Assembly: GCA_951406725.2 (NCBI GenBank)
Contig: OX597814.1
Coordinates: 146,506,001 to 146,570,000 of the forward strand
DNA: 64,000 nucleotides
Direction of reading: 5' to 3'
Source of the DNA: Octopus vulgaris
Taxonomy: Eukaryota
Part shown: positions 15,845 through 29,520 of the stretch, piece after piece
Position numbering within the stretch: the stretch's first letter is position 1
How the letters are laid out: each line of letters starts with the position of its first letter
The notes under the pieces: model-generated
Seen by the model: only the letters and a program-made list of their open reading frames with translations
Databases searched by the model: none
Told to the model about the DNA's origin: nothing
Translations under genes and position numbers: made by a program

Positions 15845-15975
15845 CTGACGAAGAGCTCCGCTCGAACGGTTAAATCCTCCTCCTTTCTTTCCTTTCCTGA
15901 GCGTCCGATAACACTATACTTGTTCCACGTCGTCGCGTTGTTGTGTTTTCTCTCTTTTTTTCAGGTTTCGATTAA
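15845..15975 (+). mobile_element. Penelope pLTR-like fragment with degenerate hammerhead core
   Basis: CTGACGA-AGAGC-tcc-GCTC-GAA(A) followed by a pyrimidine-rich tail, between (TA)n tracts. Resembles the reverse complement of the 32735-32870 element. Confidence 0.45.
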
Positions 15976-15978
15976 CTA

Positions 15979-16024
<46 letters not shown>

Positions 16025-16124
16025 CATACACACATACACACATACACACACGCACGCACGCACGAACACACACACACACACACACATACACACACACACA
16101 TACACACACACACATACATATATC

Positions 16125-16176
<52 letters not shown>

Positions 16177-16240
16177 TATAGATAGGTATCCACATGCATG
16201 CGTGGATATGAATTTATATTTATACATTTCTTTTTCCTTT

Positions 16241-16310
<70 letters not shown>

Positions 16311-17399
16311 TTATTGATGCATACATCTATGAAATATTCATCAGCTTTATGCATTTCTCTGAAAATATAGTTAACAATATGCCGTCACATAGATTAATTT
16401 AGCTACGTTTAAATAACTATAAATAGCCACACAATGAGCATTAGAAAATTTTAATGATATAATCTACCCAATCCGAACCTTTCTAAAATACCTTAGAATA
16501 GAATTCTATTGCAACACCAATATAATTATCAAATTCACACTAAACTAAGCGGTGTGATGAAATGTATTACATAATGATATATCTTTGAGAACCACAAAAC
16601 GATAAAAAGTAACTAAGAATATTGTAGTAACTACGAATACTAAGAATATTGTAACTTGGGTAAGGAAACGTTCACTTCTCACGACGGTACGTATTAAAAA
16701 AACAATAAAATTCCTACATGAAGCCAAAATAAGTTTCTTCATCATAGATGTCTAGGAACACCCATCTTATACACCCATACAGTTACACTACCCGCACCTA
16801 TTCTACACCCTTTCTTACTTGAAGAAAAAAAAATGTACGTGTGGGCCCACAGGGCCCACTTATATGTAATATAATTCGATTACAATCAGTGAAATTATAT
16901 ACGTCTCTGATTTCACATTAGGCTTGTATCTCAACATATGATGATACCTCTGCTGCAGTATCAGCATATTTCTTGCAATTATAAATATTTAATATTATTT
17001 ACATTAGAATAATTTAATTAAGACAAATAATATTGATTCAGCTTGAATATATGGCAAGACAGTTTTTAATTTAAGCAATTATATGTTACGTGGTTTAGTG
17101 TGTTACAAACAGTAGAGCAATCAATTAAACATTTAGCAGCATTTAATCCTACTATGGCCCATAAATTAAGAGCAAGTCATATAACAAATAGAATTATTCG
17201 TCTGTAACGCTGCGCTGAAAAAATATATCGTTGACTTATACTAGTATTAGAAATCGATATTTATAATATATTTTTGTTTCTTGCATTATTAGTTTTTCAT
17301 ATTTAAATTTTTTTCCGGAGAAATTAATATTAGAAACATTTCAATATTTTTGTTCATTATCACAATGGCAGAGAAATTATTAGAGATAGAAGATTAACT

Positions 17400-18715
17400 C
17401 TCTTATTCAGGTGCAGTATGAGACAATATGTTACTTTCCGTCCATGTGTCAATATAGTAGCCATGAATATCGTATTTTATATTATTTCCAAACCAATTTG
17501 GGAATGAATCATTTGAATATTGTTTTTTAATGTCTTTTCATATCCCTCTTGCATGTTTCAGTTACCTCTCCACGCTACGTGTTCACAATCCCTCATAAAT
17601 AAGATTTAATTTTTCTCATCCACTAACAAGCCATCAATGTGCACTCTAGACACCTACGTTGTGTGAATAAAATCTCCTAAGTCATATTGCAATGCAATTA
17701 TGACATTTCGGTCGGTGCAACAAAGAGACAATCACTTTCCATATCAACTCTATATTTGCGTATATCACCATTCATTTTCTTTGACAACACTCGATTAAAG
17801 CTCTGTAAGAAACTAAGATGACAGTCATCAACATCCCTGGCAATGATTTCTAGTGACTATAAATTGATCACATAGCTAACCGTCCATCCAAAATTGTAGT
17901 GTTTCCATTTATAATTGCTAAAACTACCAGGACAATAGAAGCAGCCAAATATGAATTGCAATAGCATATTTTTCCTCTGGGAACATTCACTCAAATATTC
18001 CAATACTACATGAATTGCATGGAGGACGCGTCCCAAAAGCAATATTCTTTATCCAACATTTGTCAAATCTTCAATTATTTCTTGTGACTATCAACACCTA
18101 GGATCACCAATTACAAACAGCCATAACACACGACATTAAAAAAGACATCACACACAAGGAATATAGGAGATAATAGCAATTAAATGCAGCGTCCAGAGCA
18201 AGTAAGAAAAGAAAATATTGTAATACGGGAAAGCAGTCACTCAAAACTTCTTTACAGGACACTCTGGTAACATGTTTTGTGAAGATGAAGAAACAACGCT
18301 ATTAAAATATTTATTACTTCTTTTTTCATGAATTATGGCACACCATTCCTTCCACGATTCCATCCCCACAACAATCATACTTATATTACAACGATAAAAG
18401 GACGCATTTTGGAAAATCGTAAATTGTGCAGAAAACATACATGCGAAACACCAATAAAACGAATGAAAATTAATAAAAATGAAAGATCACTTGTGTATGT
18501 GAATGACACAGCTTCTGATTTCAACCTATAAATCTGATATCAATAAATATATATTGAATCCACACACTATGAAAAAGAATAACGAATACAAACACACGCA
18601 CACACACACACACACATACACACGCATACACACGCATACACACGCATACACACACATACACATCACACACAGACATCATAACACAGACACACACACACAT
18701 ATATATGTGCGTATG

Positions 18716-18776
<61 letters not shown>

Positions 18777-20261
18777 ACATAAATATAGATAACTGTGTGC
18801 ATTCACTTATTATGTATACACACGTACTTATCGACAATACCCTAAAACGCTTCTTTTCAGCTGATTCGAAAGGAACATAAACAGCAGAAATTCTTCGTGC
18901 ACATGGAAATTGCAGCACATGCATCGGCAACGTCATTACATGGAACCTTTCTATCGGAATTATTGTCAGTAATCAAAATTGGAGAAGAAAAGCAATTGTT
19001 ATTCTCTAGAGTTCACTTCGCTTGCTCTGCTTTTACAAGCTGAAGTTTCTTCACATGGACAGAAATAGACTTAAAATACAGAGAAAATGACATGCACAAG
19101 CTGTCATACTGTAACCATACAATTAAGCACTGCATGACAAAATGTTCAGAAGGGTACTCAGCTTAGCATATTCCATCTAATGTCAGGAAGAACAAATTAT
19201 AGGTTATACGTTCTAGTCTGGACTGATAAAAACGCGTCTGCTATAAATCTTATTGATATTATCTGACTTGGAACTACAGAACAATAACACCTACAGAAAT
19301 GCATAAGTAACTCAGTGGTAGATAGAACGAAAGGTACCAGGATTTTCCAGCGCTGAAGTTCACCGGAAAACAAAGGGAGTAGAAATATATGTCTGGGATC
19401 ACTATGAAAGATTGTTTTCCTGACCAAACTAACTGAAAGTGTTAAGGAATTATCTACCTTCCTAATGATTCAGAACAGCGTTTTGTGTTTGCGTACTTAT
19501 TCCTTTTATTGTCCACAAGGGGCTAAACGTAGAGGGGACAAACAGAGACAGAAAAAGGAATTAAGTCGATTACATCGATCCCAGTGCATAACTGGTACTC
19601 AATTTATCGACCCCGAATGGATGAAAGGCAAAGTCGACCTCGGTAGAATTTGAACTCAGAACGTAACTGCAGACGAAATACCTATTTCTTTGCTCCCCAC
19701 AAGGGGCTGAACAAGGAGAGGACAAACAAGGACAGTCAAACGGATTAAGTCGATTATATCGACCCCAGTGCATAACTGGTACTTAATTTATCGACCCCGA
19801 AAGGATGAAAGGCAAAGTCGACGTCGGTGGAATTTCAACTCAGAACGTAACTGCAGACGAAACACCGCTAAGAATTTCGCCCGGCGTGTTTACGTTTCTG
19901 CCAGCTCGCCACCTTTTTGTAGTTGCGTACTGACAACCAAGATGCTATGCGTGTATTGCGAAATACCACTCAGCGATTTTGTACTCGACGTAAAACACTA
20001 GAGAGGAAACCTACCCCTACTACTACTGATGACAGGTGCAGCCCAAAGATATACAGCAAGTAGAGCACAATGATGTACGAAGGAAATTGACACGAGAGCT
20101 GTAACATCAACATAAACAAGTGAAGCAACAGTCTTGGAAATATTGCCAGGAGGATGGACAAACAGGTAAATAAAAAGGACCGGACACACGAAAATCACTT
20201 TTGTGTGGCTCGTTGTGATGTGGTGTATTATTTTAAAGGTACAATTGCACTCAGCACCAAA

Positions 20262-20315
<54 letters not shown>

Positions 20316-20417
20316 CACAGACACCAAGCAGAGGCAAATCGACAATGAAAAGTCTACTACCAAAACTGCCACAATCTACCCGTCCAACAAAAGGAAAACA
20401 CACAGAGGATAGGGAGG
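17400..20417 (-). pseudogene. Decayed SLC6/NSS (Na+/Cl- neurotransmitter or amino-acid symporter)-like pseudogene
   Basis: Frame-broken peptides occur in the canonical SLC6 order: PPY(P/S)LCVF (TM2, ~20400), FPVxFSAGKS..P (TM4-5, ~19330-19375), FVLPDIRWNML (P.W loop, ~19165-19197), HVIFS (TM6), NNNCF (~18990), acceptor TTTATAG| then TYTSDLSFLLIFIRFIG (TM7, ~18450-18525), FLFLLALDAAF (TM8, ~18180-18215), AASIVLVVLAII (TM10, ~17910-17947), IWKV/CLFVAP (TM11, ~17712-17745) and FPNW (before TM12, ~17495). Many stops. By-eye motif match only. Confidence 0.5.
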
Positions 20418-20586
20418 ATCAGACAGAGAAAACACTTAACCTTTAATCAAACTCTCATCGAGTTTTTCAAGTTCCATTCGGAAAGGAAGGTGGGTGTACA
20501 ACGGAAGATGCCGAGTCTAGCAATATGAGCCTATACTTAGCATATTTATGTGGTGCTAAATGTTTTGCAGCTTTCGTGGCCACTCT

Positions 20587-20666
<80 letters not shown>

Positions 20667-20686
20667 TGATGATGATGATGATGATG

Positions 20687-20744
<58 letters not shown>

Positions 20745-21443
20745 TGATAATAGTAATTCCTCCCTATTCTCTGTGCGTTTTCATTTTGTTGAGACGGGTA
20801 CAGGTTGTGGCAGTTTTGGTAGTAGCCTTTTCATTGTCGATTTGTCTCTGCTTGGTATGTATGTATGGTATGTGTGTGTATGATTGCAGTTGCACCTTTA
20901 AAATAATACACCATATCTCAACGAACAACACAAAAGTGACTTTCGTGTGTCCGGTTCATTTTATTTACTTGTTTGTCCATCTTCCTGGCAATATTTCCAA
21001 GACTGTTGCTTCACTTGTTTATGTTGGTTGCAGCTCCCCTTTCAAGTTCATTCGTACATCATTGTGTCCTACTTGCTGTATATCTTTGGGCTGCATGTAT
21101 CATCAGAAGTAGTAGGGGTAGGTTTCCTCTCTCGTGTTTTATGTCGAGTACAAAATCACTGAAGTGATATTTCGCAAAACACGCATAGCATTTTGGCTGT
21201 TCGTACGCAAACACACAACACATTTCTGAATCATTGAGAAGGAAGATAACTCCTGGAAACTTTCACTTAGTTTGGTCAAGAAAACAATCTTTCATAGTGG
21301 TCCCAGACATAAATGTCTACTCCCTTCTTTTTCCGGTGAAATTCAGCGCTGGAAAATCCCGGTACCATTCTTTTTATCTACCACTTATTTCCTTATGCAT
21401 TTCGGTAGGTGTTATTGTTCTGTAATTCCAAGTCAGATAATAT
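19256..21443. repeat. Large imperfect inverted duplication; arms 19256-20417 and 20759-21443
   Basis: For example, ATCTGACTTGGAACTACAGAACAATAACACCTAC (from 19261) matches the reverse complement of GTAGGTGTTATTGTTCTGTAATTCCAAGTCAGAT (21405-21438). The arms are collinear with many substitutions. The left arm also carries a SINE (19497-19915) and an (AC)n expansion. Confidence 0.93.
19497..19915 (-). mobile_element. SINE family A, dimeric copy
   Basis: Two tandem core units. Imperfect TSD TTTTGT(G/AG)TTTGCGTACT at ~19481-19497 and ~19915-19931. Absent from the other inverted-repeat arm. Confidence 0.88.
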
Positions 21444-21460
21444 TATTATTATTATTATTA

Positions 21461-24400
21461 TTCCTTCGCAGTTTATCATCTGACATTGGACACATGTCAT
21501 TTTCCATTCAAAATTTCAAGGTATGTTGGCCTAACCCGCGACTTATTTCCAGTTTTGCTTTTGCATGACATTCAGTAAGTGTATCGTACTCTTTTCTTGC
21601 CATCATTTTATCATGGTTCGTTGCTGTTCTATTTTTAGTTTGGAAGTCATTTGTTTTATAGCTTTTGTTGTTTCTTCATCTTCTTCTTCATATTTGTTAG
21701 GTGGTATGATTTCTTGTTTGTATTTGTCAGCTTCCTTAAATACTGAGAACAGTTTTTTGTTTTGCTCGTGTTTTGCCGCTATTTGTATCAGTTTTCCTTC
21801 CTTCTGAAGTAGATATTTTGCAGTCCTATGGTGGTTATTTTATAGTAGTTTTCCAACTGTATAAGGCCTCTGCCACCTTCTATACGTTTTATATATAGTC
21901 TTTCTATGTCAGATTTTGGGTGATGCATCCTAGATCCTGTCATTATTTTTCTTGTTTTCCTATCTATTTTGATCAGTTCATTTAGTGTCCAGTTAAGGAT
22001 ATTGTAGCTGTAACTTATAACTGGGACAGCTAAAGTGTTAATACCTATTATCTTGTTTTTAGCATTGAGCTCTGTTTTTAGTATTGATCTAACTCGTCTA
22101 TAATATTCTTTTTTTATTTTCTCTTTCATTTGTGTGTGTTGTGTCTTATCTAGTTCATGGATTCCTAAGTATTTGTAAGTTTGGCTTTGGTCTAGTTCTT
22201 TTATTTCATTGGTTTTATCTAGTGTGATGTTGTTACTCTTAACTAGTTTTCCTCTATTCTGGGTTACTTTGGCGCATTTTCCTAATCCAAATTTCATATC
22301 TATTTCTTTGGTAAATCCATGAACTGTCTTTAATAGTGTTTCCAGCTGTTTGTCATTTGCAGCGTATAGTTTTAGGTCATCCATATATAAAAGGTGGCTG
22401 ATCGTTTTGTCGTAACATTTATATCCACATCCAGTTCTATTTAGCATATCAGATAGAGGTGACAGTGCCAAGCAGAAAATGAGTGGAGAGAGCGTGTCTC
22501 CCTGGAATATTCCTCTTCTAATGGGGATGGCTTTGGTTTTCATGAGTCCCTCTTTTGTTTGGAGGTGTAGGACTGTTTGCCATTTATTCATAGAGTGCTC
22601 TATGAATTTTATAATTGTTGGTGCTACTTTGTTAATGGCTAGTGTTTCGAGGATGCATGTGTGGGGGATGCTATAAAACGCCTTTTTGTAATCGATCTAG
22701 GCCATACTGAGGCCTTTCTTCTTTCTGTGGCTGTCTTCAGTTATGGCTTTATTAATCATTAGTTGATCTTTACAGTCATATGAGCCTTTGCGGCATCCTT
22801 TCTGCTCTTCTGGAAACAGGTTGTTTTCGTCTAGGTGCTTGTTCAACCTTTGCGATATCACTGCAGTAAATGCCTTGTACATTGTAGGGAGACAGGTTAT
22901 TGGTCTGTAGTCTTCTGGTTTTGCTGTCTCCATTGATTTGGGAATTAAGATGGTTTTCCCCTTCGTGAGCCATTCAGGCATTGTCTCTGGCTCTGCTAGT
23001 ATGCTGTTAAAGTTTTCAGCCAGCTTTTTGTGCATTCCTGTTAGATATTTCAACCAGAAGTTGGGTATCTTGTCATGCCCAGGTGCCTTCCAGTTGCTTA
23101 GTCTTTGCAGTGCCTGGGTGACCTCTTCAGTTGTTATGGGACTCGAAAGTTGCTCAGATGCTGAGTTTGTTGTTTTAATACTCCTTTTTTTTTGGTTGTT
23201 CGTTCGCCGACCATATTTCTCTCCAGAATTCTTCCACTTCTTCTGCCGTTGGTGCTGCAGTGATTTCTATTTTACTTTTGCCAAGTTCTTGGTAGAACTT
23301 TTTGGGATTGGAGTTGAACTTTTTGTTTCGTTCAAAGAAGCGCTGGCGTTTCTCGTACCGGCGGATCCTTTGTGCTTTGGCAAGGATATCTTGCTTCAGC
23401 TTTTCCTTTATCTCAGGTAAATCTTTTTCTGTGATGTTATATTTGCGGAGTATTTTTGTTTTCTTTTTGTTGCTCAGTAGGGTTGATTGTCTACTGATTT
23501 CATTAAGAATCGACAGATCTTTTCTCATTTTTGTTATTTTGTTTGGGATGTTATTTATCCACAGGGTTTGGTTGGGTGGTGGTACTCCTGTTTGGATGGG
23601 TTTGAGTGAGTATCCAGCTTCTTTTGTGGCTGCAGTGGCTGCTGCGTATACTAAGTCATTTAGCTCAGTGATATCGCTTTTTGTTTCAGTGGCTATTAGT
23701 TCCGTGACGGCTAGGTTTATGCTGTTTATAATTGGTGTTGTTGTTTCTTCTATTTTGATTTTTGGGAGGTATGGTCGGTGATCCATTTTGAGCTCTGTGG
23801 TTTTCAGTTCTTTGACTATTTTACTTTTTATATTATCATAATCATTAGGCTCCCCTTCGTTGTTTCCAGGTTTTAGCCTTGTGTCGCTTTCTTTCTTATT
23901 TATATGTTTGTTTGCCGTGTTTTGGCTTGCTGTTTGTCGTGTATTATTATGCATCCTTACGGTCTGGGTTTGTTGTTTTTTGTTTACATCGTGTTTGTTG
24001 GGAATGTTACATTTGTCTTCGTGTTTTACTGTTTCAGTGTTTATTTTATTGGGCATTGTTGTGTGACTTCTATCTACATTTTCCTGATGTATTTTTTCTT
24101 TTAGATGTTCTATTTCTATTTCTGATATTTTTTTGCTTTGAGAATGTATCTTCGTACGTTAGCTAGTTTATTAGGGTTCATTGCTGTATCCAAGTCTATA
24201 TTTATGCTATTTTCCTTCCATATTTTATACGTATGTGTTGTGTTTCCATTTTTTGGGTAGAGCACTGTTGTGAAGTATGCGTGTAGGATAGAAATGCATT
24301 CCTCACGTGTCCATTTATGTCTTTTGGGTTTTATTTGCGGGACATGAGGAGCAACGTCCGGCCCATTATTTTGACGGTCGTCATTTTCGTAGGGTACCGG

Positions 24401-24660
24401 TCCGTTCATTTCTGTTGTCACGTGTAGTTTTTCGTACATTTTGTGTTGTAAGATTAAAGTACGTACCTCCCGATTGTTATTCTTGGGTTGAATAATATCG
24501 GTGGTATTTAATTTCTTCGTAGTTCCTTTGTACATGGTGTTTGGGCTCGGGGATGATCTGGTGTTGATGGATCGTAATGTACCACGCATGTTTACGTGTT
24601 GTGTTAGAGGTGGAGATGATATCGAGTCAAAATACATCATTTCGTTTATATTTTTCATTA
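21461..24660 (-). mobile_element. Second, divergent Dong/R4-like element, decayed, with the CCHC/RLE region internally deleted
   Basis: Minus-strand ORFs 24116-24775, 23175-24056, 22697-23053 and 21788-22591 give KWTREE..NKLANVRR, DYRPITCL, EQKGC, GIFQGDTLSP, YMDDLKL, YKYLG and EGGRGL. There is an in-frame TAG at 22697 and several frameshifts. Homology stops at WQEK (~21591), followed by a ~130-nt UTR-like segment and (TAA)n (plus-strand ATT repeats 21441-21460). A (TAA/TGA)n tract flanks the 5' side (24660-24720). Confidence 0.9.
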
Positions 24661-25166
24661 TCATTATTATTATTATTATTATCATTATTATTATTATTAT
24701 CATCATCATCATCATCATCACTGATATCACTGATATAATTGTTTTTATGTGTAGTGGCAGCAGTGGTTGCAGCAACAGTAGTAGGGTGGGAGTGGTAAGG
24801 GTGGAAGTTGGGTCCCAGATTCCTGTGCTATCATGATAGTAGTAGTTGTAGTATTATTATTGTAGTATTAGTAGTATTTGGCTGCAGCATATTATTATTT
24901 TTTTTCCATTATCACCATCTCCACCACTACGATTGTTTGAGTAGCTAGTTGGATAGAAGTATGGTAAATAGATCATATCCTACAGGTCTATAAATAGATT
25001 TGGCAAATGGTGGGGATGTCAGCTATAGAAACAAAGGAATTTTCGAACCCTTTCGATCAGCAGGGGTCAAATGTGTTTACTACTGCCAGTGGCCGCTGAC
25101 CACTGAGAACGCTGCCTTGAAAAGAGGCAATTCGTCCTGGTCTATTTGTAATTACTGACAGAAAAA

Positions 25167-25319
<153 letters not shown>

Positions 25320-25322
<3 letters not shown>

Positions 25323-25980
25323 ATTTACATCTCTGAATGTTTGGTCATGTTTATTCTAGTAGATTCTGTGAGAGGGGACATCAGCCTGCTCTCAGAGCTC
25401 TCTTTCAGCACATTATAAGCTTTGCTACTTGGTCGTCAGTTATCTCAGGAGACAACCAACATTAAAGTACCAATGTCAAAATCCTAGAAGTCCCCAGCAG
25501 AGCAGATTTGGAGGCTTGCTCTGTTTTCATGTCAATTCCGATTTCTTTGACATATTTCTCGAACTTGGTTGTTAGTGCTCCGAGTGCCCCTATAACTACT
25601 GGAATGGCACTCACTCTTCTCATAGTCCACATTATTGCAATTTCCTCTTTTAGTAGTCTGTACTTTTCCAAATTTTCTAGTTCTTTGTGCATCTTTAGGT
25701 ATTGGTTTCATATTTTCCTTTATCTACCTCAACAATATCTGGTTTTTCGAACCTCGATTAGGGAGTCGCATTGGAATATAAGATCCCACACATCTTATGC
25801 TCCTTGTTCTCAGTGACTTTCTGCTTCATGTTCGTACCATTTTCGTGTTTTGTTCAGGTCGTACTTTTTACATAGCCTCCAATGCAAAACTTAGCCTGCT
25901 TTTTGGCCAGCTTGCTGTACTCTCTCACAATATGTCAGATTGTTTTGTTTCTGCTGTCACACAACCTACACAGGGGTGAA
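25320..25980 (-). mobile_element. 5'-truncated third Dong/R4-like element (zinc knuckle/RLE 3' fragment)
   Basis: ORF 25462-25692 reads LEKYRLLKEEIAIMW..IPVVIGALG..ALLGTSRIL, matching the C-terminus of the 38723-39757 ORF. A degenerate PCVGC..ETKQSDIL zinc-knuckle trace lies near 25930-25975. The 3' UTR runs into (TAA)n at ~25270-25320. Confidence 0.85.
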
Positions 25981-28947
25981 TTTGAAATGATCATCATCAT
26001 CATCATTGCTGTAGTTATAAAATAAGATAAAGGGAATAATTTATTTTCCCAGCTGCATTTGAAGGAGTATATCCTAGTACATTAAATTTATTGTACTGCA
26101 AAATCAATAGTAATTCTCCATACTTATGAAGCGTTCGTTTGTTCCTATGAAATTATCCCGGATAAAAGACATAAGTGGTTTTGTAAATTGCTTGGTGTTA
26201 CGTACAATTATTATGTTAAGCTACGTTCCCACGTTCATAACCATTATCATAACTTTAATTCGCATGATTTGTATCTTATCTTTCATTCATATTAAAGAAA
26301 ATGTGTACTTCTGCTATCACGTGTCACGGTACACATCAAACGACTCGAGTTTAGTAACTAACTTCTAGATAGGCAATGTATAATCTACTCCGTAGATTTT
26401 CAATGAGAATTCTCTGTGAATGGTGGAGTTTAAGTATCTCATGTTCCCAGGAGTTCTCCAATCATACTGCATCATATTACTAAATGAATCATCATACATA
26501 GGCCGAGAAATATTTTTTTTCCTTTATATGTATAATGTTGTATGGACAATTCATTTTACTATTCCGTTATTCTACGCCGGTAACAAATAGTTAAATTCCA
26601 ATACCGTTATATTATGATACGATTAGTTAAATGCTCGCTGGGAGATCTTCAAAGTTACTATTACGTATTTTATGTTCCGCATAATAGCATATTCTCAATA
26701 TGGCCAAGTTGTGCATATTAATCGAATTGGAAATGTGATAAAAGAAAAAAATAAATAAACGTTTGATATTAGTCAAAGAATATTATGTGATTTATCCATT
26801 CATATTTCCCCTTGCAGATAGATGATTGTAAAGATGAAAATAGTTTTCCCCATTTGAAAGGGGGATCTTAACAAATATATTAGAATAGAATGAAAACAAC
26901 TGGAAATGATCGATTGATATTGACTATGCCTTCTTCGAAACGGTCTTTGACTCTTGGGCATAAGGATATATTGCAATGTGTAATAAAAAATATGTCTCCG
27001 CTTAACACTGCTAGCTCTGACAATTGGATTCAATTCATTTTTTTAAGGATCGAAGCCACTTTCATATAGCAACATCATTATTTCTTCTATTGAGCACTTA
27101 TTGGGAATATTATATTCAGCATATCTCTACAAAAGAAATGAAGGTTTGGAATGTATGGATTCCTTCTAGTTAGAAAGAGGTGAAAGGCTTTCTTGTGATC
27201 TAAAATTATGAGGATTTACACTAGATTCAACAAAACTGAAGTGATATTGCATGCCCACGAAGTACAAATATCAATATATATCTAAAATAACGCATTGAAC
27301 AGAAGTAGAAGCATTTAACTAAATGCAAATAATGCTTGGTAACTTGCTGTCATATGACACTTTTGGTATATATCTTATAGACAGGTTCGGATCTTATGGT
27401 TCAGGTAGGAAGAATTGTTTCCTTGGAAACGAATGGTTGATGGTGACGTGCCATCATTAATAGGGGTTCCAGTAAGGCGTCATGCTGGCAGAATAATTAC
27501 ATCGCCGAACAAAATGCTTGGCGGCATTTCATCCGATTTTATGTTCTGAGTTCAAGTTCATCAGAGCTCGACTTTGCATTTCATCCTTTCGAGGTCTAGT
27601 TGAACACCGATTGAACATCATTCCCTGAAATGTTATCTTTGTGTCGACATTTGAAACCATAAATCCGCCGATAAAATGTAGAAATGTTAGTTTTCCGGTT
27701 CAAATACCACTAAAGTCAATTCTACAGTTTATCCTTCCGAACGCAAATAAATAATACACCGTTGAAGTACTGGGTTGATTTAAATGATTACAACTTACCA
27801 TAAATCATATTGAATGACTCGTATGTATGTTATAAGTTATTTAAGAGAAGAATGGCTAACCAATTATGTAATTAACTGGACATACGAGAATATGTAGCGA
27901 AGATTATAGAGTAATATACCACACAGCTGTTCTTAAATATATAACATCAACAAGTAAAGGACAATATATCATCTTGTGATATTATTATATACGAAAACGT
28001 TCTCATGATATGCTCAACGGAATATATTGCTAGTGTTCGTTGCTATTAGGTTTTCCTCTCTAAAGAAAACGTTCAATTTGCATTACAGTTAAATACTTTT
28101 GGAATAACAGCGACTAAACGATGAAGAAAAAATTGTATTGGGTAATGTAACAAGAGGCATAAGAGCATATGATATCTGACGACTGGAATATATGATCGTA
28201 TGTATACTCGTTCTTAGAAAAGACGACACAGTATCGATATAGTGAAAACTATTAGCGTAGAATGACGTTTTCATATACAAAAATAGAGGGATATAGAGAC
28301 AAACATATATACATGCATACACACACAAACATATATATAAATACATATACACATATATAAATGTGTGTGTACGCCGACATAGTCATATCTTTACACACAG
28401 AGACACACACACATGTATGTGAGTGTGTATTTGTGAGTGCATGCGGTGTCTACTGGGTTGTGTATACTCCTGCGTGAGTGTATACATCTCATATATACAT
28501 CTGATGTATATGTATATGTATAAATATATATATACACACACATATATATATATATATACACACACATATACATACATATATACATACATGCACTTGTGGT
28601 GCACGATCGACTGATAGATATTGCAGTGACTCATCTTACATTGAAGGTTAAATAAAAAAAATATGTGCCTGAATAGGCACATGTGTCGCGATTAGTGATT
28701 ATCCATTCATCGCTGGCGAACAGATGAGTCGCTGCTATCTCTAGCGGTCGAGCACACACCACCGATGATACCAAGGAAACTCGAAATCACTTGATCTGGT
28801 TGTATCGGTGCTGGAGATATTGGGGAATTAACTCCCCGATAACTATAAAAAGTATTTTAGACCAAAACCCCATAATGAAAGTTTCATTCTCTCATGGTGT
28901 CTACTGCAATGAATTTTATTCTAACAGAATATCTATCTTTAATTGAG

Positions 28948-29028
<81 letters not shown>

Positions 29029-29289
29029 ATAGTTTCGAACAGCGATATAAAAAACATGCAAATTCAGGTTTGAATAACAATAACTAAATTAATTAAATTA
29101 CATATGACGGTACACACCAGTGCAAGAAGTTTAAACAAAATGTTTACAAAGGACATCATAAAACAAATAGCAGAGTAGGATTTTAGAGCTTCATATCTAT
29201 CCTTATGAGACAGAGTGAAAAGTTGCGAGTCCAGTTAGGTATTAACTAAAACTCTGCTATTTCCTTTATCAAGTCCTTTGTAAAAATAT

Positions 29290-29520
29290 TGTTTCTACTT
29301 CTTGCACCGATGACTCTGGGAACGTACTAATGCTCTTTTCGCCGCTATGTTATTTGAATTGCTACTATAGGACATGAAGTAAATGACGTTGCAAGAAGTG
29401 CAGGTTAAGGAGTCGGTGATATGATAGGGGTTGTCACTGCAGAGCCTGAGAAAGCGGAAGAATTGAGAGTAGGTGATGGAGAAATTGGTATGGGCAGGGT
29501 TGGACGAGTACATATACATA
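29290..29520 (-). mobile_element. Internally deleted Penelope-like fragment (RT thumb fused to GIY-YIG start)
   Basis: ORF 29295-29519: SSNPAHTNFSITYSQFFRFLRLCSD joined to HITDSLTCTSCNVIY. Confidence 0.75.

Noticed and set aside
18025-18045. Chitin synthase WGTRE-like motif (AFGTRP)
   Set aside because: Isolated match; the surrounding motif order fits SLC6 better and no QRRRW/EDR motifs were seen.
20525-21112. 195-aa hydrophobic ORF (poly-I/poly-M) and poly-N/D ORF
   Set aside because: Open mainly because of (TAA/TGA)n microsatellite; the remainder is the pseudogene duplicate.
22938-23781. Plus-strand 159-160 aa ORFs (and minus ORFs within 36487-38961)
   Set aside because: Antisense shadows of the Dong coding regions.
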